Assembly (NCBI GenBank): GCA_039794085.1
Contig: JBDIWC010000056.1
Coordinates: 1-22,469, forward strand
DNA length: 22,469 nt
Direction of reading: 5' to 3'
From: Gemmatimonadales bacterium
Lineage (GTDB): Bacteria > Gemmatimonadota > Gemmatimonadetes > Gemmatimonadales > GWC2-71-9
Every line of letters starts with the position of its first letter. Positions within the stretch are counted from its first letter, which is position 1. The position numbers and the translations under genes were made by a program. The notes beneath the pieces are model-generated. The model was not told the origin of the DNA. It saw only the letters and a list, made by a program, of their open reading frames with translations, and searched no databases. Below are positions 15,811-22,469 of the stretch, piece after piece.

Positions 15811-16956
15811 ATGCCCGAAACCAGCTCCGCGCTTCTCTCGGTGTACAAGCCGATGCCGCTCCGCGCGGTGGCCGGCGAGGGATCGTGGATCATCGACGAC
15901 CAGGGCCACCGCTGGCTCGACGCCTACGGGGGGCACGCGGTCGCCTCCACCGGTCACTCGCACCCCACAGTGGTGCAGGCCATCTGCGACCAGGCCCGCT
16001 CCCTCCTCTTCTATTCCACCGCGGTGCCCCACCGGGGACGCGAAGCCCTCGCCGAGGCGCTGGCGGACCGGTGCCCGGGCAACCTGTCGCGGGTCTTCTT
16101 CTGCAACTCCGGCGCGGAAGCGAACGAGAATGCGATCGGACTGGCCCGGCGCTTCACCGGCCGTCAGACCATCGTGACGCTGCGCGGCGGATGGCATGGG
16201 CGCACGCTGGCGGCGGTGACCTGCACCGACGGGGCCCGGTACGAGGAAACCGCCGCCCGCGCCGGCGCCCCGGTGTCCCGCAAGGTGGAGTTCAATGACA
16301 TCCCGGCGCTCCACGCCGCGATGGATGACTCGGTGGCCGCGGTTCTTCTCGAACCGGTGCAGGGGCTGCAGGGCGCCCGCGCCTGCCTCACGGAGTTTCT
16401 CCAGTCCGCTCGTGATCTCTGTGACCGCACCGGATCCCTCCTGATCTTCGACGAGATCCAGTGCGGGGTGGGTCGCTGCGATGCCTTCACCGCCGCGGAG
16501 GCGTTCGGAGTGACTCCGGACATTCTGACGTTGGCCAAGGGACTCGCCTCGGGCCTGCCAGTCGGGGCGATGGTGACGACGCCGCGCGTCGCCTCGGTGC
16601 TCCAGTTCGGTGACCTGGGCAGCACCTTCGGGGGTGGTCCGGTCCCGATGGCGGCGGCTCTGGCCACCCTGAGGGTGATCGAGGAGGAGAATCTGATCGC
16701 CAATGCCACCACGGTGGGGCATCACCTGCGCGAGAGCGCCCTGGCCCTCGGTGTCGAAGCGGTGGAGGGGAGGGGGCTTCTCCTCGGGCTGCGACTGGCA
16801 CGGCCGGCGGTGGAGGTTCAGCAGGCGTTGTTCGGCCACCGGGTTCTCACGGGGACCTCCTCGGACCCCCGGGTCCTGCGGCTGATGCCTCCGCTCTCCT
16901 TTTCCCTCGTCGAGGCGGATCTGGTGCTCGAGGCTCTTCGGGAGGTTCTCACATGA
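15811..16956 (+). CDS. argD: Acetyl/succinyl-ornithine aminotransferase (class III PLP)
   Basis: FCNSGAEANE, WHGRT, EPVQG, DEIQCGVGR, TLAKGLASG and STFGGGP. Confidence 0.93.
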   Translation: MPETSSALLSVYKPMPLRAVAGEGSWIIDDQGHRWLDAYGGHAVASTGHSHPTVVQAICDQARSLLFYSTAVPHRGREALAEALADRCPGNLSRVFFCNSGAEANENAIGLARRFTGRQTIVTLRGGWHGRTLAAVTCTDGARYEETAARAGAPVSRKVEFNDIPALHAAMDDSVAAVLLEPVQGLQGARACLTEFLQSARDLCDRTGSLLIFDEIQCGVGRCDAFTAAEAFGVTPDILTLAKGLASGLPVGAMVTTPRVASVLQFGDLGSTFGGGPVPMAAALATLRVIEEENLIANATTVGHHLRESALALGVEAVEGRGLLLGLRLARPAVEVQQALFGHRVLTGTSSDPRVLRLMPPLSFSLVEADLVLEALREVLT

Positions 16957-17966
16957 CCAAACGCGATTTCCTGGCGATGGAGGACTGGAGTCCGGAGGAG
17001 ATCACCGCGCTTCTCGACCTCGCGGACCGCGTGAAGCGGGGCGAGATCACCGGCGGACTGGAGCGGCAGGTTCTCGCCATGGTGTTCCTCGACCCGAGCC
17101 TCCGGACGCGGAGCAGCTTCGAGACTGCGATGTTTCTGCACGGGGGGCACGCGGTGATCCTCGAACCGGGCAAGGGGAGCTGGGCGATGGAAACCGAGGT
17201 GGGCGTGGTGATGGACGGGAGCTCGGTGGAGCACATCATCGAGGCGGCCCGCGTCCTGGGCCGGTACGCCCAGGCCCTGGCGGTCCGGAGCTTCCCCAAG
17301 GGGAGCGACTGGGCGGTGGAACGGCTCGATCCCGTCATCCACAACTTTGCCCGCTACTGCGAGAAACCAGTCATCAATCTTGAATCGTCGAGGCGGCACC
17401 CCTGCCAGGGCCTGGCCGATGCCCAGACCATTCGGGAACGCCTGGGCCAGCCCCGGGGCCGCAAGTTCGTTCTGAGTTGGGCATGGCATCCGAAGGCACT
17501 TCCCACCGCGGTTCCCGCCAGTGCGGCGATCGCCGCCGCCCAGCTCGGCATGGAGATCGTGGTGGCCCGGCCCGAGGGGTACGATCTCGACCCCGACGAC
17601 ATGATGGCCATCCGGACCCTCGCCGAAGGGCAGGGAGGATCGGTCACGGTGACCGACGATCAGGCGGAGGCGGTGGCGGGAGCGGATGTGGTCTACGTGA
17701 AGGCCTGGGGATCCCTCGGGGCGTTCGGCCAGCCGGAACGGGAGCAGGCGCTGCGGAATCCGCATCGGGAGTGGCGGATGACGGACGCCCTGGCCCGGAC
17801 CACCCGGAGCGGACGGGGGATCGTGATGCACTGCCTTCCGGTCCGGCGGAACGTGGAGATTGACGATGCCGTTCTCGACGGGCCGAACTCGGTGGTGGTG
17901 GACCAGGCGGAGAACCGCCTGCATGCGCAGCGTGCCCTGTTGTTGACCCTGTTCGGAAAGAGCTGA
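16953..17966 (+). CDS. argF': N-acylornithine transcarbamylase (ArgF'; AOTCase/SOTCase family, predicted succinyl-specific)
   Basis: SLRTR, W.ME..G.VMDG...EH, HPCQ, WAWHPKALPTAV and HCLPVRRN identify the AOTCase/SOTCase clade rather than OTCase. Confidence 0.92.
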   Translation: MTKRDFLAMEDWSPEEITALLDLADRVKRGEITGGLERQVLAMVFLDPSLRTRSSFETAMFLHGGHAVILEPGKGSWAMETEVGVVMDGSSVEHIIEAARVLGRYAQALAVRSFPKGSDWAVERLDPVIHNFARYCEKPVINLESSRRHPCQGLADAQTIRERLGQPRGRKFVLSWAWHPKALPTAVPASAAIAAAQLGMEIVVARPEGYDLDPDDMMAIRTLAEGQGGSVTVTDDQAEAVAGADVVYVKAWGSLGAFGQPEREQALRNPHREWRMTDALARTTRSGRGIVMHCLPVRRNVEIDDAVLDGPNSVVVDQAENRLHAQRALLLTLFGKS

Positions 17967-17969
17967 TCC

Positions 17970-18908
17970 GTGATGACGATTGATACCTCCAAGGGAATTG
18001 CCGGCCTGAAGGGCGCACTGCGGTACGTGCGGGCCTATCGAGACAATGTGTTCGTGGTGAAACTCGGGGGGGATGTTCTCCGGGACTCCGAAGTGCTCGA
18101 CCAGGTGGCCGGGCAGATCTCCCTGCTGAGCTCGCTCGGGATCCAGATCGTGGTGGTGCATGGGGGTGGTCCCCAGGCGAGCGCGCTGATCACCCGGCTC
18201 GGCGGAGAGCCCCGGATGGTGGCGGGGAGGCGCGTCACGGATGACGCCGCCCTCGAGGTGGTGAAGATGGTCTACGCCGGCACCCTCAACACCGACCTGG
18301 TGGCGGCCCTCCGCTCCCATCAGCTCCAGGCGGTTGGCCTCACGGGTGTGGATGGGGATCTCCTCCACGCTCATCGGCGGCCGCCGGTGTCGGTGGTGGA
18401 CGACACCGGGACCACCCGGGAGGTGGACTATGGTCATGTGGGCGACATCGACACGGTCGATCCCCGCGTGGTCCGCACCCTGCTCGGGGCCCGCTTCGTG
18501 CCGGTGGTGGCGAGTCTCGCGGGGGACGAGGAGGGCAACGTCTACAATGTCAACGCCGATACGGTGGCGGAACATCTCGCCATCGCGCTGCGGGCCCAGA
18601 AACTCATCTACCTGACCGGCGTGCCGGGGGTGCTGCGGGATCGGACCGACCCCAGCAGTCTCATCACCTTCGCCGATCCCGACGACCTGGCCGGCCTGAT
18701 GGCGAGTGGCGCCCTGGCGGGTGGCATGCGCCCCAAGGTGGAGGCCTGCATCCGGGCCGCCACCGGCGGGGTGGAACGGACCCACATCATCGACGGCCGG
18801 GCCCCCGACGCCCTGCTGTTCGAGGTGTTCACCGGGGCCGGGTACGGCACGATGATCGTGGGCCGAAAGGAAAAGGCGACCTATCTTGGCGTTGACCTGG
18901 CCGACTGA
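17970..18908 (+). CDS. argB: N-acetyl(acyl)glutamate kinase
   Basis: VVKLGG, VVHGGGPQ, GRRVTD, NVNADT, GGMRPKV, HIIDGR and EVFT..GYGT. Start at GTG 17970 or ATG 17973. Confidence 0.95.
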   Translation: MMTIDTSKGIAGLKGALRYVRAYRDNVFVVKLGGDVLRDSEVLDQVAGQISLLSSLGIQIVVVHGGGPQASALITRLGGEPRMVAGRRVTDDAALEVVKMVYAGTLNTDLVAALRSHQLQAVGLTGVDGDLLHAHRRPPVSVVDDTGTTREVDYGHVGDIDTVDPRVVRTLLGARFVPVVASLAGDEEGNVYNVNADTVAEHLAIALRAQKLIYLTGVPGVLRDRTDPSSLITFADPDDLAGLMASGALAGGMRPKVEACIRAATGGVERTHIIDGRAPDALLFEVFTGAGYGTMIVGRKEKATYLGVDLAD

Positions 18909-19959
18909 GATCGCGCTTCTGCGGGAGCTGGTGGCCACCCCCTCCGTCAGCGGCGAGGAGGAGGCGGTGGCCCGGCTCGTGGAATCCACGTCCCGGGCCT
19001 GGGGGCTCGATGTACTCCGGGACGACGTGGGCGTCACGGTGGAGGTCAGCGGGCGCACGGACGGCCCGACCCTGGCGCTCATCTCCCATCTCGACGTGGT
19101 GCCCCCGGGCGATGGGTGGACCCGCGATCCCTTCATTCCGGTCGTCGAGGGAAACCTCCTCTACGGGCGCGGCTCCGGCGACGCCAAGGCCTCGGTCGCC
19201 GCGATGCTCACCGCCGCCCGGGACGTGGCCTCCTCCGGAGGCCCGGCGCGCGGCCGGTTGCGCTGCGTCTTCGGCTTCGGCGAGGAGACCCGGAACACCT
19301 CGATGCCGCACCTGCTCAACCGGGTGGGCACGGTGCATGCCGCGGTGGTGGGCGAGCCAACCAACCTGCACTTTGCGGTGGCCCAGCGGGGACTGATGAT
19401 GGTCGACCTGGTGGCCCAGGGGGACCAGCGTCACGCGGGCTACGCCTCCGAGGGCGGATTCGCCAACGCCATCGAACGCCTTGCCACCGATCTCCTCCGG
19501 CTCCCCGGCATGGCGGCCGAGCGCGAGCACCCGATCCTGGGCCACACCACCGTCACCCCCACGATGCTCGACGCCGGAGTGAGCCGCAACGTCACCCCCC
19601 CGCGTGCCCGGGCGGTCCTCGACATCCGAAGCACTCCCTCCTGGACTCACGAGGAACTGGCGGCTCTCCTGACCCACCGACTCGATTCCGAGGTGGTTGT
19701 CACGTCGACCCGGCTGGTGCCCTGCGAAACCCCCGCCGATTCGACCCTGCTCCCCGTGGCACAGCGCATCCGGCCCGAGGGTCGCTGCTTTGGCAGCCCC
19801 ACCTGTTCCGACTGGGTGTTCGTCCGGGATCTCGACACCATCAAGTGCGGCCCCGGCACCAGCCGCCGCTCCCACACCCCCGACGAATGCGTCGACCTCC
19901 CCGAGGTGTCGGCCGCGCGCGGGTTCTACGCCTCCCTCGCACGGGAGTACCTCGCATGA
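18886..19959 (+). CDS. argE: M20-family deacylase (N-acetyl/succinyl-citrulline or -ornithine deacylase)
   Basis: SHLDVV, GRGSGDAK, GEE, GEPT and HTPDE metal-binding motifs. The TTG start overlaps the argB end; exact start uncertain. Confidence 0.88.
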   Translation: MALTWPTEIALLRELVATPSVSGEEEAVARLVESTSRAWGLDVLRDDVGVTVEVSGRTDGPTLALISHLDVVPPGDGWTRDPFIPVVEGNLLYGRGSGDAKASVAAMLTAARDVASSGGPARGRLRCVFGFGEETRNTSMPHLLNRVGTVHAAVVGEPTNLHFAVAQRGLMMVDLVAQGDQRHAGYASEGGFANAIERLATDLLRLPGMAAEREHPILGHTTVTPTMLDAGVSRNVTPPRARAVLDIRSTPSWTHEELAALLTHRLDSEVVVTSTRLVPCETPADSTLLPVAQRIRPEGRCFGSPTCSDWVFVRDLDTIKCGPGTSRRSHTPDECVDLPEVSAARGFYASLAREYLA

Positions 19960-21353
19960 CTCCCCGACCACCCGCGGACGTGCCGCGGACCCTCTGGCTC
20001 AGCGACCCCGCGGCCCTCGACCGCGAGATGCTCGCCTACACCGTGGGCGACGACCCGGTCTGGGACTCCCGGCTGCTGCGATGGGACATCCTCGGAAGTC
20101 TCGGCCACGTGGAGGGACTCCGCGCGGCACGACTTCTCAGCGTCCGGGAGCATGCCCGGCTCCGGCGCGGGCTGCGGGAGGCGCTACGGGCCGCGGAGGA
20201 GGGGTCGCTCGTCATCGAACCGGGGCATGAGGATGTCCACTCCGCCGTCGAGGATTGGCTGACCCGGCGGCTGGGCAACGACGGGGCCCGGGTGCACACC
20301 GGGCGATCCCGCAACGATCAGGTGGCCTGCGATCTCCGGCTCCATCTCAAGGATACCCTGCTCGGTCTCCAGGAATCGGCCCTGCTCTTCGCGGAGGCTC
20401 TGGTCCGGTTTGCCGGGGTTCACGCGCGAACCCTCTGGCCCGGTTACACCCACCTGCGCCGCGCGATGCCCTCCTCGGCCGGACTCTGGGCCGGGGCCTT
20501 CGCGGAGGGGATCCTCGACAGCGTGGAGGCGCTCCCCGCCCTGTGGCACCGGGTGGACCGATCCCCGCTGGGCAGCGCCGCGGGATACGGAGTCCCGTTG
20601 CCGCTCAAACGCGAGAGGGTGGCGCGGGCCCTGGGATTCGGCGGGATCGACCACAATGTGGCCTCGGTGCAGAATGGGCGGGGGAAGTTGGAGGCCGCCG
20701 TACTCTTCTGGTGTGTGGAGCTGGCACACGACCTGTCGCGGTACGCCACCGACGTGATCCTGCTGAGTTCGGAGGAGTTTGGTCTGCTGCAGCTCCCGCC
20801 GGCCCTGGCCACCGGGTCCAGCATCATGCCGCACAAGCGGAACCCCGACCTCTTCGAGTTGACCCGCGCCCGTGCCGCGGCCCTGGAGGGGGACCTGGTG
20901 ACGATCCTGCAACTCAAGGCCAAACTCACCAGCGGATATCACCGGGACTTCCAGCTGTTGAAGGAGCCGCTTTTCCGCGGCCTCGACCGGACCGGACAGA
21001 TGCTCCGGATGATGGCCGCGACTCCGGGCCGGCTCGAGGTGGACCGGGATCGCGCCCGCGCCGCACTGGAGGGCGGGGTGCTCGCCACGGACGAGGTAAT
21101 GCGCCGAGTCGAGGAAGGAACCCCCTTCAGGCATGCATATCAGGATGTGGCCCGTGCTCTCAAGGCGGGCGAGTCGGTGCGCGCTCCGCACCCCGGGGAG
21201 ATCCTGGGCCGGCGAACCTCGACGGGGGGCGTGGGAAATCCCGGGCTGCCCGAGCTGCGGGCCCGGGTGCGTGCGGCTCGCCGGTGGGCCGCCGGAGAGA
21301 GACGACGGTTCGCCCGGGCCCTGGACCGTCTGGCGGGAACCGCCACCCGGTGA
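19956..21353 (+). CDS. argH: Argininosuccinate lyase
   Basis: EDVH, HTGRSRNDQV, PGYTHL, SPLGSAAG, GSSIMPHKRNPD and GYHRD. ATG 19956 overlaps the argE stop. Confidence 0.96.
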   Translation: MTPRPPADVPRTLWLSDPAALDREMLAYTVGDDPVWDSRLLRWDILGSLGHVEGLRAARLLSVREHARLRRGLREALRAAEEGSLVIEPGHEDVHSAVEDWLTRRLGNDGARVHTGRSRNDQVACDLRLHLKDTLLGLQESALLFAEALVRFAGVHARTLWPGYTHLRRAMPSSAGLWAGAFAEGILDSVEALPALWHRVDRSPLGSAAGYGVPLPLKRERVARALGFGGIDHNVASVQNGRGKLEAAVLFWCVELAHDLSRYATDVILLSSEEFGLLQLPPALATGSSIMPHKRNPDLFELTRARAAALEGDLVTILQLKAKLTSGYHRDFQLLKEPLFRGLDRTGQMLRMMAATPGRLEVDRDRARAALEGGVLATDEVMRRVEEGTPFRHAYQDVARALKAGESVRAPHPGEILGRRTSTGGVGNPGLPELRARVRAARRWAAGERRRFARALDRLAGTATR

Positions 21354-21802
21354 AACGAGATCTGCGGCAGCGCCGGCTCCGGATCCTGGAACTCATCACC
21401 ACCCGGGCCATCCACACCCAGGACGAGCTGGTGGAGGTGCTCGGCCAGGAGGGATGGGATGTCACCCAGCCCTCCGTGAGCCGGGACATCGCCGCCCTGC
21501 GTCTGATCAAGGTGGAGGGAGTCTATCAGCGTCCTCCCCTGAGCATCGATGCTCCCGCCGACCAGGACGAACTGCGGATCGCGGAGAGTGTCCTCACGGT
21601 GGACACCGCCGGGGAGGCGCTCCTGGTGCTCCACACGCCACCGGGGGAGGCCAACCGGGCCGGCATCGCCCTCGATCGCCTGGCCTGGCCCGAGATACTC
21701 GGCACCATCGCCGGGGATGACACCATCTTCGTCGCCGTCCCCCATCGCCGGGCTCAACGGGATCTTCTCGATCGGCTCCGGGCTCTGGTACCGGAGGGTT
21801 GA
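21350..21802 (+). CDS. argR: Arginine repressor
   Basis: TQDEL, VTQPSVSRDI (winged helix) and GTIAGDDTIFV. GTG start overlaps the argH stop. Confidence 0.95.
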   Translation: MKRDLRQRRLRILELITTRAIHTQDELVEVLGQEGWDVTQPSVSRDIAALRLIKVEGVYQRPPLSIDAPADQDELRIAESVLTVDTAGEALLVLHTPPGEANRAGIALDRLAWPEILGTIAGDDTIFVAVPHRRAQRDLLDRLRALVPEG

Positions 21803-21825
21803 AGCCCCCGGTTCTCTGGTCTTCC

Positions 21826-21857
21826 CGTACACGTACACGTACACGTACTCGTACACG
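21826..21857. repeat. Hexamer tandem repeat (CGTACA)x5, one copy CGTACT
   Basis: cgtaca cgtaca cgtaca cgtact cgtaca cg read directly from the sequence. Confidence 0.9.
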
Positions 21858-21878
21858 ATGCGCCTCTTCCCCCGATGA

Positions 21879-22469
21879 AAACCACTGATGACGCAGATGA
21901 CGCAGAGGGTTGACGGTTATCCACGACCGCTCCCCGTCTCGGACCCGGGGATCAGCAATGAGGTGACCCCACCACCCACCCCCCCACCCCCCAACAACAA
22001 AACCGCAATCTCGGCGCGCAAGGCGTGGAGCGATGGTAGTGATCCCTACCCCACCCCGGATTGAACCACAGAGGGCGCTGAGGACGCAGAGGGTTGACGG
22101 TATCCACGACCCGCTCCCCGTCCCGGACCCCGGGCATCGGCAGGATGGGGGCCCTTCCCCCCCCAACAATGAGTTCCGGATCTCAGCGCGCGAGGCGTGG
22201 AGCGCCGGGGATCGTGCGGAGACCCTCCGCGACCTCCGCGTTCTCTGCGGTGATCCCTTCCCCCAACCCAAGTTGAACCACGGAGAGCACGGAGGACACA
22301 GAGGGTGGACGGCTCCCACGACAGGTCCCCGATCTCGGATGGCGGGCATCGGCAGGATGGGGGCCCTTCCCCCCCCAACAATGAGTTCCGGATCTCAGCG
22401 CGCGAGGCGTGGAGCGCCGGGGATCGTGCGGAGACCCTCCGCGACCTCCGCGTTCTCTGCGGTGATCCC
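21879..22469. repeat. Tandem array of about 3 composite repeat units (period 212 bp for units 2-3) with imperfect ~30-bp terminal inverted repeats
   Basis: Units start near 21879, 22063 and 22275 with AACCAC...GCAGAGGGT-like sequence. 22131-22257 is identical to 22343-22469 (127 bp). 22065-22094 is the reverse complement of 22222-22251 at 24/30 positions. Confidence 0.9.

Noticed and set aside
16953..17966. Calling the gene a canonical ornithine carbamoyltransferase (argF/argI)
   Set aside because: It lacks the OTCase DxxxSMG ornithine-binding motif and has AOTCase/SOTCase-specific motifs.
16818..19136. 772-aa minus-strand ORF
   Set aside because: Antisense to argF'/argB/argE; composition is typical of a shadow frame.
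19116..19955. Apparent N-terminal extension making ArgH 745 aa (similarly for ArgR 20255, ArgC 14543, TesA 5423 and ArgG 12364)
   Set aside because: These are open frames overlapping neighbouring genes or intergenic DNA. The real starts are marked by stop/start overlaps and by where family motifs begin, so they are not fusions.
14768..19959. LysW/amino-carrier (lysYJZK-type) pathway
   Set aside because: No LysW-like small ORF with a C-terminal EDWGE and no ATP-grasp LysX/ArgX. ArgF' indicates acyl protection instead.
21790..21815. Hairpin overlapping the argR stop as operon terminator
   Set aside because: The stem is imperfect and there is no proper U-tract.
21594..22381. ORFs across the terminal repeats (251 aa, 111 aa and others)
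   Set aside because: They are translations of the repeats (LCVLSALCG, VRVRVR) with no RBS or domain evidence.
21879..22469. Possible CRISPR array
   Set aside because: The period is ~212 bp with long identical internal blocks, there are no unique spacers, and no cas genes are present.

Overview
High-GC bacterial DNA. The gene content (Ig-domain lipoprotein, OmpA with Ig repeats, Bacteroidota-like ArgG) suggests Gemmatimonadota or the wider FCB group, which is an inference. The left edge is the end of an IS30-family element (terminal IR plus the first 17 codons of the transposase) abutting a YkgJ-type Cys-cluster gene that has no stop codon in the window. Next come housekeeping and envelope genes: DUF423, a membrane metal-dependent hydrolase, plant/chlamydial-type FabI, the ybbP-ybbA/tesA module, an Ig-domain lipoprotein, a PAS kinase-like protein lacking the H-box His, an AI-2E transporter and an OmpA-family protein. 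The centrepiece is a 9.3-kb translationally coupled arginine operon with an ARG box: argG-orfX-argC-argD-argF'-argB-argE-argH-argR. It has no argA or argJ. Instead it carries an uncharacterised P-loop (DUF1611/DgcN-like) gene, and its transcarbamylase has Val at the specificity position 92. This points to an N-succinylated arginine pathway whose first step may be catalysed by a non-canonical N-acylglutamate synthase (orfX). The right edge is an array of ~212-bp repeat units with terminal inverted repeats.
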